Below are positions 10,356-20,887 of a DNA stretch of 64,000 bases, piece by piece. Source of the DNA: an uncultured Bacillota bacterium (GTDB taxonomy: Bacteria; Bacillota; Clostridia; Christensenellales; UBA1242); NCBI GenBank assembly GCA_900544595.1, contig UQVQ01000002.1, forward strand, positions 75,690 to 139,689. The letters are read 5' to 3'. The position numbers were made by a program, and so were the translations under genes. Every line of letters begins with the position of its first letter. The stretch's first letter is position 1. The notes under the pieces are model-generated. The model was not told where the DNA came from, made no database searches, and saw only the letters and a list, made by a program, of their open reading frames with translations.

Positions 10356-10379
10356 AAAAAAACCGCGAAATTCGCGGTT
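10356..10379 (-). terminator. Rho-independent terminator
   Basis: Stem AACCGCGAA / TTCGCGGTT with a T-run on the minus strand, downstream of 10397..11653. Confidence 0.7.
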
Positions 10380-10396
10380 TTTATTTGCTAATCTAA

Positions 10397-11653
10397 TTAT
10401 TGAGCATCTGTTGTTGTGTCGGTTTCTGGTTTAACTTCGGTTGCTGGTTCTTCAATAACTTCTTCAACAACTTCTTCTGCTTCAACTCTTTCTTCTTGTT
10501 CTTGAGCAGCTTTCAATGCTTCAATTGCTTCTTCAGTTTCTTTAATATCTGCTTTTAAAGTTTCGTTGTTAGCTGTAAGAATGTTAAATGTGTTTTCCAA
10601 AATTGGATATCTGTCTTTATTCGCAGTCATAACCTCTTCGCAGTGTTGAACAGAAAGTTTAAGCCCTTCAAGAAGGTCAAGTTCCTCGGAAAGTTTCTTT
10701 GCTTTTTCTTCGTCGATGTCGGCAATGTTGTTAACACCATAAAGAACAACTTTTTGTTTTGCAACAATTGCTTCTTTTCTTCTAAGCTTTCTTTCGTCGT
10801 TTTCAAGAGTTTTGCTTACTTTTCTAAGAGGAATATATTCTTTCTTAACTTTACGAAGTTCTTTTTCGTTTGCAGCAAGTCTGTCTTTTAAAGTTTCAAG
10901 TCTTGCTTCATATTCTTCAATATTTCCAGCAGGAACGTTAACTTCTTCTTTGCTGTTAAGTTCATTTTCAAGCTCTTCGTTTCTTGCTTGAAGTTTTGCA
11001 ATTTCAGCTTCAAATTGAGTTCTAAGTTCTTCAATTGAAGGTTGCGCTTCAGTTTCTTCTGTTTCTTCAACAGTTTCTTCTGTTGTTGCTTCGGCTGCTG
11101 GAGCTTCTTCTTGAGCAGCTTCTGTTCCCTCGGCTGGAGCTTCTGCTTGCTCTTCGTCGCCAAACACAGCGATGTCTTCGTCGTCATAGAAGAAATTTTC
11201 GAATGGTTCATCGCTTCCGTCTGCTTGTTTTTGACGTCTTTCTTCAATCTTTTTAAGCATATTTTGTTTGAAGAGTTCTTCCTCTGCTTTAAGTTCGTCA
11301 ACTTCTTCCGCTGGCTTTTCTTGAGTAGGTTCTTCTTTAACTTCTTCAACAGGAGCAACTTCTACTTTTGGTTCTTCGTCTTCTTTTGCAAAAGCATCTT
11401 TGTCTGCTTCGTCGAACTTAAATTCAAGTTCTTTTGTTTCTTCTTGTTTTTCGTCTTTTTCTTTTGAAGATTGCTTGTCTTTAACTTTTTCGCCGTTTTT
11501 CTTTCTTTGCCAGAAATGAACGTATTCAGGGTCTAAAACCGAAAGAACTAAGTCCCCAAGGAAGAAAATTAAAAATCCTCCAACAAGGATAATTCCGATG
11601 ATAGCCAAAACTGAAATGAAAGCATCTCCAAATCCTGCGCCTAAAAATTCCAT
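10397..11653 (-). CDS. Membrane-anchored, highly acidic coiled-coil protein
   Basis: N-terminal TM helix, then E/K/A-rich low complexity and heptad-like segments. No family recognised. Confidence 0.55.
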   Translation of the reverse strand: MEFLGAGFGDAFISVLAIIGIILVGGFLIFFLGDLVLSVLDPEYVHFWQRKKNGEKVKDKQSSKEKDEKQEETKELEFKFDEADKDAFAKEDEEPKVEVAPVEEVKEEPTQEKPAEEVDELKAEEELFKQNMLKKIEERRQKQADGSDEPFENFFYDDEDIAVFGDEEQAEAPAEGTEAAQEEAPAAEATTEETVEETEETEAQPSIEELRTQFEAEIAKLQARNEELENELNSKEEVNVPAGNIEEYEARLETLKDRLAANEKELRKVKKEYIPLRKVSKTLENDERKLRRKEAIVAKQKVVLYGVNNIADIDEEKAKKLSEELDLLEGLKLSVQHCEEVMTANKDRYPILENTFNILTANNETLKADIKETEEAIEALKAAQEQEERVEAEEVVEEVIEEPATEVKPETDTTTDAQ

Positions 11654-11915
11654 AATTTACCTCTCTTTTTAGATTATGTTAAATCGTGATTATAATAACA
11701 CCAAGAGATTAATCTGTCAATACCCTTTTTATTATTTTTTCAAAAAATTTAACAAAAAACACAAAATTTTTCAAAAAAACAAGTTTTTTAAGTATTTTTT
11801 TGCATTTTTGAGCTAAAAACGTCGAAATTATCAATTTTTGTTTTAAACGGCAAAAGCGCCGAATTTCTTTCTTAAATTTAAAAAAGCCCTTTAAAAAAAG
11901 GCTTTAATGTTTGCT

Positions 11916-12266
11916 TGGTGGAAGCGGTGGGAGTTGAACCCACGTCCGAAAAAGTTTGCAGTGGCTTTTCTACGTGTGTAGTTCGTTTTAATCTTGCCTT
12001 AAATAAGTAACGAACAAAACTTGTTTAAAGCAAATCCTTGTTTTTTTCTTTCAAAAACTTTAAGGCGAAGCTTTTGAAGTTCCCTGCGAAAGTTTGATGC
12101 CCTTTGGCAAAAATGCAGGAATTTTTGCTAAGGACAGTTGCGCTAACTAAGCAGCAACAGCAAGATTTCTATTATCTGCGTTTATTTTGTTTTCCGTTTT
12201 ATGGCAACCGGCTGCCACACGCTTTTTCCCCTCAAAATCTTTTCCGTCGAAACCAGTTACGCCCCC
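11916..12266 (-). ncRNA. ssrA: tmRNA (SsrA)
   Basis: 5' GGGGGCGTAACTGGTTTCGACGG and 3' GGACGTGGGTTCAACTCCCACCGCTTCCACCA form the tRNA-Ala-like acceptor with a G3:U pair. The tag ORF ends ...ADNRNLAVAA-TAG (12147-12179). Lies directly downstream of smpB. Confidence 0.9.
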
Positions 12267-12279
12267 ATATTAAGGGTTT

Positions 12280-12738
12280 TTAAAGTTTCCCAAGGCGAAA
12301 ATTTTTGCTTGCACTTTCAATTTCCCTTTGCGCAGTTTTTTCTTTCAGGGTTTCTCGTTTGTCGAAAAGTTTTTTCCCTTTTCCAATTCCAATTTCAACT
12401 TTAACGAGATTTCCTTTTAAGTATACTTTTAAAGGAACAATTGTCAATCCTTTTTCCGAAACCTTTTGCGAAAGTTTCGCAATTTCGCTTTTTCTTAAAA
12501 GGAGCTTTCGCGTTCTTCTTGAATCTGGAACAAACGACGAAGATTTTTCAAAGGGTTTAATGAAAGCATTGATAAGAAAAATCTCATTCCCAACAACACG
12601 AACATAACTTTCGTTAAGACTTATTCCTCCAGCACGAATGGACTTAACTTCGCTTCCTTTAAGTTCAATTCCCGCTTCGGTGTTGTCGGAAATGAAAAAG
12701 TCGAAATATGCTTTTTTATTATTTGCAATAACCTTCAT
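12280..12738 (-). CDS. smpB: SsrA-binding protein SmpB
   Basis: IANNKKAYFDF...GIELKGSEVKS...LLL.K.EI.KL typical SmpB; 152 aa. Confidence 0.95.
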   Translation of the reverse strand: MKVIANNKKAYFDFFISDNTEAGIELKGSEVKSIRAGGISLNESYVRVVGNEIFLINAFIKPFEKSSSFVPDSRRTRKLLLRKSEIAKLSQKVSEKGLTIVPLKVYLKGNLVKVEIGIGKGKKLFDKRETLKEKTAQREIESASKNFRLGKL

Positions 12739-12761
12739 TTCCCCTCCTTTAGTTTATTATA

Positions 12762-15023
12762 TCACTCAACAAGCAAAAATTCAATCTTTCTTGTTTCTAA
12801 ATTTGATGCAATAACCTTAACTTTAAGACTTTGCCCAATTGAAAATCTTCTTTTTCGCCCTTTTAAAACAAATTTCTTCTCGTCGAACATATAGTCATCG
12901 GCTGGGAGCGACTCAATTTTGATAAGCCCTTCAACAGTGTTTTCAAGCTGAACGAAAATTCCAAAACTTGAAACACCCGAAATTTTTCCTTCAAAAACTT
13001 GTCCAATTTTGTCCTTCATAAATTTCGCTTTGAAAAGGTCATCCGCGTCGCGCTCGGCTTCATCTGCCTTTCTTTCCCTTTCGCTCGATTGGAACGCGCT
13101 GTCGATAACAAATTCTTCAAGGTCATAATTTCCCTTAAACGCCTTTCGAATTGCGCTTTTGTTCATATGCGCAGTTTCCAAAACATTGTTTGGGCATGAT
13201 TTAAGAGCCTCTTTAATTATTCTGTGGATTGTAAGGTCTGGATAGCGACGAATTGGAGAAGTGAAATGGCAATAATATTGAAGCGCAAGCCCAAAATGCC
13301 CCAAACATTCCTCGCTGTATATCGCCTTTTCAAGCGCACGCAAAACAAGCGAACTTCCAACATCGCTAAACTCTGTTTTTGAAAGTTGCTTTAAAATTTT
13401 TTGAATATAGAGTGCATCAACCTTTTTGCTTTGTTTAATGTCAAGGCCAAAACTATTTAAAACATCAACAACTTCCATAACACGAATTTTTGATGGCTCG
13501 CCATGAATTCGATAAACAAAAGGTAAATCTAATTCGCAAAAAGTTTGCGCAACAACACGGTTTGCGAGAACCATAAAATTTTCAATTAGCTTATGGGAAT
13601 TATCTCGTTCTCTTCGTCGAACATCAAGAACCTCGTTTCCGTCCATTTCGAAATATGTTTCTGGCAAATCAAGGTCGAGCGCGCCGGCTTTTTCGCGCGA
13701 TTGCCCAATTTTAACGCTTAAATTGTTCATCTCAACAAGCATTTGTTCAATTTGCGGAGTTATTGGACTTATGATAAGTTTTTTAACATCGCTTGGCGAA
13801 AGGATTTTCTCGCTGTCAAAAAAGCCCCCGTCTTCGCAATTGCTGTTGTTTTGCAAAACTTCTTGAACTTGGTCGTATGTTAGTCTTGCGCTGCTTTTAA
13901 TAACACTTTCAAAAATTTTAGATTCTTTAACTTCTCCAAACTTATCCACGGTCATCATAACCGAAAGCGCAAGTTTTTCTTCGTTTGGGTTAAGAGAACA
14001 AAGATTGTTTGAAAGTTGTTGTGGAAGCATTGGATAAACTCTCCCCGGGAAATACACACTTGTTCCGCGAACATAAGCTTCTTTATCGATTTCGCTGTTA
14101 TATGGAACATAGTTCCCAACATCGGCAATGTGAACTCCAAGAACAAGATTTTCCCCATCCTTTTCAAGGCTTATCGCGTCATCAAGGTCTTTTGCATCTG
14201 CCCCGTCAATTGTTACGATAAGTTTTTCGGTTAAGTCGACACGTTGTTTTTTCGCTTCCTCAAAATCTGTTTTAAGAGATGCAGCCTCTTTCAAAACCTT
14301 TTCTGGGAACACGCTTGGAATTTGGTGCTCGCAAAGGATTGCATCAATTCCGTTTTCAACGTCTGTTCCTTTCATAATTTCAACAACTTTTCCAACAGGA
14401 AGCGAAACTTTTGAGCCTTCTGGCTGGAAGGTTATTTCCGCCTTAACAAAATCGCCGTCTTTTGCGTTTCCAATTTCTCTTGCTGGAATTAAAATTGGTT
14501 TTGAAATTTTTGGGTTGTTGCAAAGAACATAATAGTTCTCGCTGTCGAGCCTTGCGCCTTTAACAATTGCGTTGTTCCCTTTAACAAACTTTCCAACAAC
14601 AACTTTGTTTGCGCGTTTTAAAATTTTAACAACCGCCCCGCTGTCTTTTCCTTCCAAGCGGAAAAGAACTTCGTCGCCGTCAAGCGCGCCAAAAAGCATA
14701 CTTGCAGGAACAAAAACATCTTCCCTTGCTCCTTTCTTAAACTCAAAGCCTTGGCGACCGCTAAGTTTTGGAGCAATGAATGCAAAACCTTTTGGGTTTC
14801 CAGAAACTGTTCCCTTAAAAAGTCCAAGGGAACTTGGAACAACAAGTTCGCGTCTTGAATTTTCAACAAGTTCGCCGTTTGAAAGCATTTTGTTTATGCA
14901 CTTTGCAACATTCTCTTTTGTTTCATCAAGAGAAGAGGCAAGTTCGGAAAGAAGTTGACCAAGATTTTTATATTTATGTTTTTCGTTTTTGATTTCTAAA
15001 AAAATTTGCTCATGAAGTTTCAT
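12762..15023 (-). CDS. rnr: Ribonuclease R
   Basis: RNB-domain motifs (IDGADAKDLDDAIS, HFGL...YCHFTSPIRRYPDL) and a C-terminal S1 domain. ATG at 15023 preferred over the TTG at 15029. Confidence 0.95.
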   Translation of the reverse strand: MKLHEQIFLEIKNEKHKYKNLGQLLSELASSLDETKENVAKCINKMLSNGELVENSRRELVVPSSLGLFKGTVSGNPKGFAFIAPKLSGRQGFEFKKGAREDVFVPASMLFGALDGDEVLFRLEGKDSGAVVKILKRANKVVVGKFVKGNNAIVKGARLDSENYYVLCNNPKISKPILIPAREIGNAKDGDFVKAEITFQPEGSKVSLPVGKVVEIMKGTDVENGIDAILCEHQIPSVFPEKVLKEAASLKTDFEEAKKQRVDLTEKLIVTIDGADAKDLDDAISLEKDGENLVLGVHIADVGNYVPYNSEIDKEAYVRGTSVYFPGRVYPMLPQQLSNNLCSLNPNEEKLALSVMMTVDKFGEVKESKIFESVIKSSARLTYDQVQEVLQNNSNCEDGGFFDSEKILSPSDVKKLIISPITPQIEQMLVEMNNLSVKIGQSREKAGALDLDLPETYFEMDGNEVLDVRRRERDNSHKLIENFMVLANRVVAQTFCELDLPFVYRIHGEPSKIRVMEVVDVLNSFGLDIKQSKKVDALYIQKILKQLSKTEFSDVGSSLVLRALEKAIYSEECLGHFGLALQYYCHFTSPIRRYPDLTIHRIIKEALKSCPNNVLETAHMNKSAIRKAFKGNYDLEEFVIDSAFQSSERERKADEAERDADDLFKAKFMKDKIGQVFEGKISGVSSFGIFVQLENTVEGLIKIESLPADDYMFDEKKFVLKGRKRRFSIGQSLKVKVIASNLETRKIEFLLVE

Positions 15024-15062
15024 AAGCAAATTTTATCACATTCAAAATATTAAATCAAAATT

Positions 15063-15359
15063 TTAAAGGGCGTTTTCAATTAAAATTGTAACAAAGAACA
15101 AAACAATTAAGATTGCAATTATTGAAGCCATTGCAATTGTTATCTTTTTCAAAATTCCTTCCTTTGTTTGACCTTTATTTTGCGAATAATAACTTTCTTG
15201 AACCCCAGTTATTGCGTTTTCGCCGCCTTCTTTTGTGTCTTGCATTAAAGTTGCAACAATTAAAGTTATTGCTGCCGCTGCAATTAAAAACATAAAAACA
15301 TATCTAATTATTGGGAAAGATTTTGAAACCCATTCTGGTGCTAACGCTAAAAATTTCAT
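15063..15359 (-). CDS. secG: Preprotein translocase subunit SecG
   Basis: Two TM helices with a central LMQDTKEGG...G pattern resembling SecG (LLQ..K..G). Conserved position upstream of rnr-smpB-ssrA. Confidence 0.65.
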   Translation of the reverse strand: MKFLALAPEWVSKSFPIIRYVFMFLIAAAAITLIVATLMQDTKEGGENAITGVQESYYSQNKGQTKEGILKKITIAMASIIAILIVLFFVTILIENAL

Positions 15360-15418
15360 ATATTCTCCTTAAAAACTTACTAAGTTTATCACATAAAAAT
15401 TAAAATGCAAACAAATTT

Positions 15419-15670
15419 TTAAACAAATGCTGCGCAGGAAACAAAAGCAACAAGCGCGCCAAACAAAATGCAAAGAATTAGTGGGGCAACACGAATTTTG
15501 TTCTTATCTGCGCTATACATTGGCTTTAAAAATCTAACCAAGCAAAGCAAACATAAAAGCGAAAGGATTGCAATTATAAGCGCCAAAACAGTTGTGTTAA
15601 GCCCTTTAAAGAACTTTGAAATTGAATCCCACCAATCTGTTAAGAAGTTTTCACCGCATAAAAATCTCAT
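15419..15670 (-). CDS. Small membrane protein (83 aa)
   Basis: Two hydrophobic segments; no family recognised. Confidence 0.4.
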   Translation of the reverse strand: MRFLCGENFLTDWWDSISKFFKGLNTTVLALIIAILSLLCLLCLVRFLKPMYSADKNKIRVAPLILCILFGALVAFVSCAAFV

Positions 15671-15793
15671 TTTCCTGCTCCTTTCTTGCCTTAATTATAT
15701 ATGATGTTTAGTAAAAAAGCAACATTTTCTTAAAAATAACTATTGACAAAATAAATTTCATGAAATATAATTTAGAAAAATAAGAGGTGAATT

Positions 15794-16141
15794 ATGGCAA
15801 TTAGAAATTACACAACAGGAAAAACTAAAATAAATTTTTCAATTAACACTTGTCCTCCAAAAATGACAAACGACGAATATAATGCTCGATGCGACAAGTT
15901 TGATAAGTTCGTTTTAGACATTAAAACAAAATATCAAGATGATTTAACAATTAAACAAATCAAAGAGCTTGGCTTAATTTTAAAAAACATTGTTGCTCCA
16001 TTCCAATTTGGCTATTTAAACTTTTCGCCAGATGAAGTTCTTAAAATCGACACTGAAAACGCAAAATCAATGCTTTCAACTCTTAAAGCATTCCGCGACA
16101 CATATCAAGAACAAAAAGACAGTTTGGAACAAGATTTTTAA
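15794..16141 (+). CDS. Hypothetical protein (115 aa)
   Basis: GAGGTG RBS 5 nt upstream of the ATG; terminator downstream. Confidence 0.45.
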   Translation: MAIRNYTTGKTKINFSINTCPPKMTNDEYNARCDKFDKFVLDIKTKYQDDLTIKQIKELGLILKNIVAPFQFGYLNFSPDEVLKIDTENAKSMLSTLKAFRDTYQEQKDSLEQDF

Positions 16142-16152
16142 GAAAAACAAAA

Positions 16153-16177
16153 ACTCCCAAAAATTTGGGAGTTTTTT
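16153..16177. terminator. Bidirectional terminator
   Basis: Stem ACTCCCAAA / TTTGGGAGT plus a T-run, between convergent genes. Confidence 0.7.
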
Positions 16178-16186
16178 CATAGTAAT

Positions 16187-17419
16187 CTATAAAGTCATTT
16201 CGTTCGACTTTTCCGATGTTTTCAATGCGGTTGGCTGAATTACGTTAAAAAAAGCATTTTTTGCAATTGCCTCATTTTTCTTTTCCATTTCGCCAAGCAT
16301 CTTATCAATGAACTTCATTGACAGTTCAACACGATTAACATCTGGTTTCTTTTGCTCCTCTTTTGGAGCTTCTTTTTTTGTTTCTTGTGGAGGTGTGTAT
16401 GGAGCATAATATTGCGTTCCTGCCGCTTTTCCTTTTGCTTTTGGCTTTGCTTTTGCCGCCGCCTTTTTTTTTGCTTTTCCGCCTTTCTTTGCTCCGCCAG
16501 AAGAACCGCTTGCCGCCTTTGCTTTTTCTTCCGTTTTCTTTGGCGCAGGGGCTTTTTCTTGCTCGGCAAGCAATTCTTTATGCATTGTTTTATAGTTTTC
16601 AACAAACTCCGATTTTGCCTTTTCAAGAAGCATTGCAACTGTTGGGTCTCGCTGCTCTAAAATTGCTCCGGCAATGATTTTGTCGAGCATATTTTTCATC
16701 TTAACAAAATATAATGGCTTTCCAAATCCGTCATTAAATTCCAAAAGTTTTTCGCCATATTTTCTTAAAACATATTCCGAAAACTTGCTTGGATAACGGC
16801 GCAAAATTGAAAGAACTTGGTCGATATATGTGTTGCAAATGTAGTCGAGAGATTCAACTCTCTTTTTCCTAAGCACAAGCATTTCTTTATATCTTCTTAA
16901 AATGTTTGAAAGCTCTTCTTCGTTGATGTCGTCGCCGTCAATTCCCTCTTGCGTTTTAACATTAAAAACTTTAAACGCTTTTTCAAGGAAATATATGTCC
17001 GCATCGTCTTTATATCTTGCAACAATTGTTTTAAGAACTTCTTTCGTGTCGTCAATCTTATTGTTAACCTCAACAAAGCATAATGTTGCAATTTTCTTAT
17101 CTTGTTCAAAGTTTTCAATTGTAAGCGTAAATTTAAGTTCAATTTCAAGAAGTTTAGCCTTTAAAAGATAGACATTTTCCTTCTTTTCAGCAATTGTTTT
17201 CTTAATCTTAACAAGTTCAATAAGATAATCTCTGTCGATTGAATATTTGCCTTCCTTAGTGAATTTCCCAAGGAGCAAATTTCTTAAGACTTCGTCGTTT
17301 TGGTCGCACATATAGAAACTAATGTCAACAGGGTTGGTTAAATATAGCCCCGTTTCGCGGCAAACATACTCTTCCCTTTTCCCTTCAACTTTAACTTCCT
17401 GTTCCATATTTTCTATCAT
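16187..17419 (-). CDS. Hypothetical protein with a Lys/Ala-rich histone-H1-like tract
   Basis: 410 aa with an internal KKTEEKAKAASGSSGGAKKGGKAKKKAAAKAKPKAKGKAAG tract. Confidence 0.55.
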   Translation of the reverse strand: MIENMEQEVKVEGKREEYVCRETGLYLTNPVDISFYMCDQNDEVLRNLLLGKFTKEGKYSIDRDYLIELVKIKKTIAEKKENVYLLKAKLLEIELKFTLTIENFEQDKKIATLCFVEVNNKIDDTKEVLKTIVARYKDDADIYFLEKAFKVFNVKTQEGIDGDDINEEELSNILRRYKEMLVLRKKRVESLDYICNTYIDQVLSILRRYPSKFSEYVLRKYGEKLLEFNDGFGKPLYFVKMKNMLDKIIAGAILEQRDPTVAMLLEKAKSEFVENYKTMHKELLAEQEKAPAPKKTEEKAKAASGSSGGAKKGGKAKKKAAAKAKPKAKGKAAGTQYYAPYTPPQETKKEAPKEEQKKPDVNRVELSMKFIDKMLGEMEKKNEAIAKNAFFNVIQPTALKTSEKSNEMTL

Positions 17420-17605
17420 ACCATTAAAAATTTAAAAAATCAAGCAAGAGCCACATCTTCGAAACTTAATTTTGCAAAATTTGTTGCTATACAAATCTTT
17501 CACCCAATTTTTAAAAACAACCCATTTCGTTTTGTCTTTTATTTAAAATAGGTTAAAATACACATAATTAGTTAATCAGTCATAGATCATAGGAGGAAAC
17601 TAAGC

Positions 17606-19609
17606 ATGAAAGAGGATAGAAAAAATAATGCCGAAAGAGATGCCGTTCAAACTATTCTAAGCGGGAAGTATAAACGAAGCTTAACTTTTAAGCTTGTTTG
17701 CTTTTCTGCCTTTTTTGTTATAACTGCCCTTACTTGCATTGTTGGCGTTTGGGCGGCGCAAAGAGTTTCAATAACAACCTCCGGTTCAATTTCATATGTT
17801 GCAACAGATGTTAACGCAACAATAACGGGAACAATCTCTGGTTCGCAAACCAACCCAAGTCTTTCAACCTTAACCTACACTGCAACAAGCGAGCCAACAA
17901 GCGCAGAGCTTGCAACCTGGCAAGATTTAGACCTTAAATTTAAAGCAAATGCAGAAGATGTTGTTATTTCAATCACAATTAAAAACAACTCAACTGAAAG
18001 AAAACTTAACTACACAATTGCAGACACAGTTGCAACCTCTTCAAACCTTTCAAAAACAATTTCGGGCGGAAACAGCGGTGAAATAGGCGTTGGAGGAAAC
18101 AAAGTTATTACCATAACTTTCAAAGTTATAGACAAAAACAAGTCTGTTGAGAACACAAGTTTTAACTATGTTGTTCGTCTTAACGACCCAAGTTACACCC
18201 CACCAGCCGGCGGATTCCTTATGACGGGCGAAAAATGGCAACAAAAGATTAAAGACACAATTTCCGGCTACACCAATTCCGCCGTAACATCAATTTCGTT
18301 CACAAAAACTAGACCAACAACAGGAACCCCTGTTTCAGTTGGCGCATGTGACGAAGGCGGAACAACTCCATATTCCGCAGCAGCCGCACTTCCAACAACA
18401 AAAGACGTAACAGCATATGTAACAGAAACTGACGGCTCATATTCAATCGTCTTCTACTGCCCTGAAACAATCTATGCCCCAACCGATTCAAGTTATTTGT
18501 TCTCGAATAGGGAATTTGCATGGTATTATGCCGCTCTATTTGCTGGTGTTAATATTGATGAAACTATTACTTCCGACGAGGTCAATTCAGAAGAGTTTCA
18601 AAGCCAACTTTCTACGGATAATATATTTCAAACCTTGAGTTCTTTAGACCTTAGTAATTTTAATTCGAGTTTATCAGAAAAAACGAAAGGCATGTTTGCC
18701 TTATGTATGACATTAGAAATGTCACAAACTATAACCGATAAAATTAGCATTAATAGTGCAAAAGATATATCTGGAATGTTTATAGGCGTTTCCAAACTTG
18801 CAATTGACTTTGATAAATTTGACACAAGCAACGTCATCGTTCTTGTTGCCCCATTTTATGCGCAAGACAACTCGACTGTTAAAGCAAATAAAATTAAACT
18901 ATCTCGAAATGCAACAAATATTTCAGGATTGTTTGCAGGTTGCAACTTAGAAAACCTTGATCTTTCAAAATTTGACACTTCAAATGTTACAGATATGTCT
19001 GGTTTATTTGCTCAATGCGATATAACAAGTTTAGATCTTTCAAAACTCAACACTTCAAATGTTACAAATATGTCACATATGTTTGAAGGCTGTAAAATTT
19101 CAGATAATTCAAAAACATACACCATAACATTGGACACAAGCAAAGTAACTAATATGCATTTAATGTTTGGGAGTTCAAATTTTACAAAACTAATTTTAAA
19201 TTTCGACACTTCCAATGTTGAAAATATGAGTTATATGTTTAATGGCTGCACATCGTTAAGCAGCGTAGATTTATCTTCATTTAGAACTACAAAATTGCAA
19301 AATGTAGAAAGAATGTTTGCTTGGGGACCAGATTATGGTTCAACTGCTGCTGCAGCCATAACAGAGATTGATTTATCTAATTTTGATTTATCTAATGCTA
19401 GCAATTTAGACAATATGTTCGATCAATGCTTAAATCTAACAAAAATTAAGGCACCATCAAAACTTTCAAAAAATATAAATCTTAGTTCTATTGGAGTTGG
19501 AGGGAGCAATTCTACTTGGAAAATTGAAGGTGACACGAGCGGGAAGACATACACAGAAATTACGGCAACAAACGGAACGCTTGGAAAAACTTTGATTAAA
19601 GTTAGTTAG
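17606..19609 (+). CDS. BspA-type (DUF285) leucine-rich-repeat surface protein
   Basis: N-terminal TM/signal anchor and Thr/Ser-rich Ig-like region. The C-terminal half has repeated units LDLSKFDTSNVT(D/N)MS.(L/M)F..C. Confidence 0.8.
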   Translation: MKEDRKNNAERDAVQTILSGKYKRSLTFKLVCFSAFFVITALTCIVGVWAAQRVSITTSGSISYVATDVNATITGTISGSQTNPSLSTLTYTATSEPTSAELATWQDLDLKFKANAEDVVISITIKNNSTERKLNYTIADTVATSSNLSKTISGGNSGEIGVGGNKVITITFKVIDKNKSVENTSFNYVVRLNDPSYTPPAGGFLMTGEKWQQKIKDTISGYTNSAVTSISFTKTRPTTGTPVSVGACDEGGTTPYSAAAALPTTKDVTAYVTETDGSYSIVFYCPETIYAPTDSSYLFSNREFAWYYAALFAGVNIDETITSDEVNSEEFQSQLSTDNIFQTLSSLDLSNFNSSLSEKTKGMFALCMTLEMSQTITDKISINSAKDISGMFIGVSKLAIDFDKFDTSNVIVLVAPFYAQDNSTVKANKIKLSRNATNISGLFAGCNLENLDLSKFDTSNVTDMSGLFAQCDITSLDLSKLNTSNVTNMSHMFEGCKISDNSKTYTITLDTSKVTNMHLMFGSSNFTKLILNFDTSNVENMSYMFNGCTSLSSVDLSSFRTTKLQNVERMFAWGPDYGSTAAAAITEIDLSNFDLSNASNLDNMFDQCLNLTKIKAPSKLSKNINLSSIGVGGSNSTWKIEGDTSGKTYTEITATNGTLGKTLIKVS

Positions 19610-19793
19610 ATAAATATAATTGTTAAAGCCCAACCTTTTATGGCTGGGTTTTATTTTTTGTTGTTTATTCTTACAATCATTTTTTTAATTATTTATTCTT
19701 TAAAACATTCTTAAACAATTTTGTGTTTTTTATCAAAAAACCTCGCTTTTTGCGGCGAAGTTTTTTGTTTGATTTTAAGTTAACTTTTTCGTT

Positions 19794-20873
19794 TTAGTTG
19801 TTTGCGTTAAGGGCTTGTTCAAGTTTTTGTTTTTGGTCGGCAAGGGCAAGATTATCAATCATCTCGTCGATGTTTCCGTCAAGGAAATCGTCAAGGGCAT
19901 AGATTGTGTAGTTAATTCGGTGGTCAGTTACGCGGCCTTGAGGATAGTTATAGGTTCGAATTCTTTCGCAGCGTTCTGCATTTCCAACCTGATTTTTTCT
20001 GTTTTCGCTATATTCTTTGTCGATTTGCGATTTATAGAACTCATAGAGTTTTGAGCGTAAAATTTGGAACGCACGTTCTTTGTTTTTAATTTGCGAACGC
20101 TCGTCTTGGCACGCAACAACAATTCCTGTTGGCATATGAGTTATTCGAATTGCGGAATCGGTTTTGTTAATGTGCTGTCCGCCCGCCCCGCTGCTTCGAT
20201 ATGTATCAATTCGAATGTCCTTATCCAAAATTTCAAAATCAACTTCTTCAATTTCTGGAAGAACTGCAACTGTTGCGGTTGAAGTGTGCACGCGGCCTTG
20301 CGACTCGGTTTCTGGAACTCTTTGAACGCGGTGAACTCCGCTTTCATATTTCAAACGCGAATATGCGCCTTTTCCGCTTATGATGAACGAACATTCTTTA
20401 ACTCCGCCAATTTCGGTTTCGGAAAGGTCGGCAATTTCAACTTTCCAACGTTTTCTTTCGGCATAGCGGCAATACATTTTCATTAAAACCGCGCCAAAAA
20501 GCGCCGATTCCTCGCCTCCAACCCCTGGACGAATTTCAATGATAACATTGCTGTCGTCGTTTTCGTCTTTTGGAAGCAAAAGAATTTTAATTCTTTCTTC
20601 AACCTCTTCAATTTTTTCCTTGCACGATTTTTCTTCTTCTTTAAAGAGTTCAATCATTTCGTGGTCGGTTTCGGTTTTAAGAGTTTCTTGCGCGTCGGCA
20701 AGTTCTTTTAAGAGTTTTTCAAGTTCGTCGTGTGCTTCCGCAATTTCTTCAATTGACGCGCGTTCTTTAACAAGTTTTTTCCATTCTTTTTGGTCGGCAA
20801 TAATTTTTGGGTCGGCAATTAAATCTGTTAATTCGTCAAACCTTTTCTTAATGTTAATTGTTTTTTCAATCAT
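19794..20873 (-). CDS. prfA: Peptide chain release factor 1
   Basis: [20 protein letters not shown] motif and a PET-like PETES tripeptide region; 359 aa. Confidence 0.95.
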   Translation of the reverse strand: MIEKTINIKKRFDELTDLIADPKIIADQKEWKKLVKERASIEEIAEAHDELEKLLKELADAQETLKTETDHEMIELFKEEEKSCKEKIEEVEERIKILLLPKDENDDSNVIIEIRPGVGGEESALFGAVLMKMYCRYAERKRWKVEIADLSETEIGGVKECSFIISGKGAYSRLKYESGVHRVQRVPETESQGRVHTSTATVAVLPEIEEVDFEILDKDIRIDTYRSSGAGGQHINKTDSAIRITHMPTGIVVACQDERSQIKNKERAFQILRSKLYEFYKSQIDKEYSENRKNQVGNAERCERIRTYNYPQGRVTDHRINYTIYALDDFLDGNIDEMIDNLALADQKQKLEQALNANN

Positions 20874-20887
20874 AGTTTTTCCTTATG

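Noticed and set aside
10643-11467. Long alternative-frame and antisense ORFs (82-156 aa) across the acidic coiled-coil gene, and similar ones at 16315..16677.
   Set aside because: These are mirror artefacts of low-complexity GAA/AAG-rich coding sequence. The translated products are Lys/Leu/Phe homopolymer-like.
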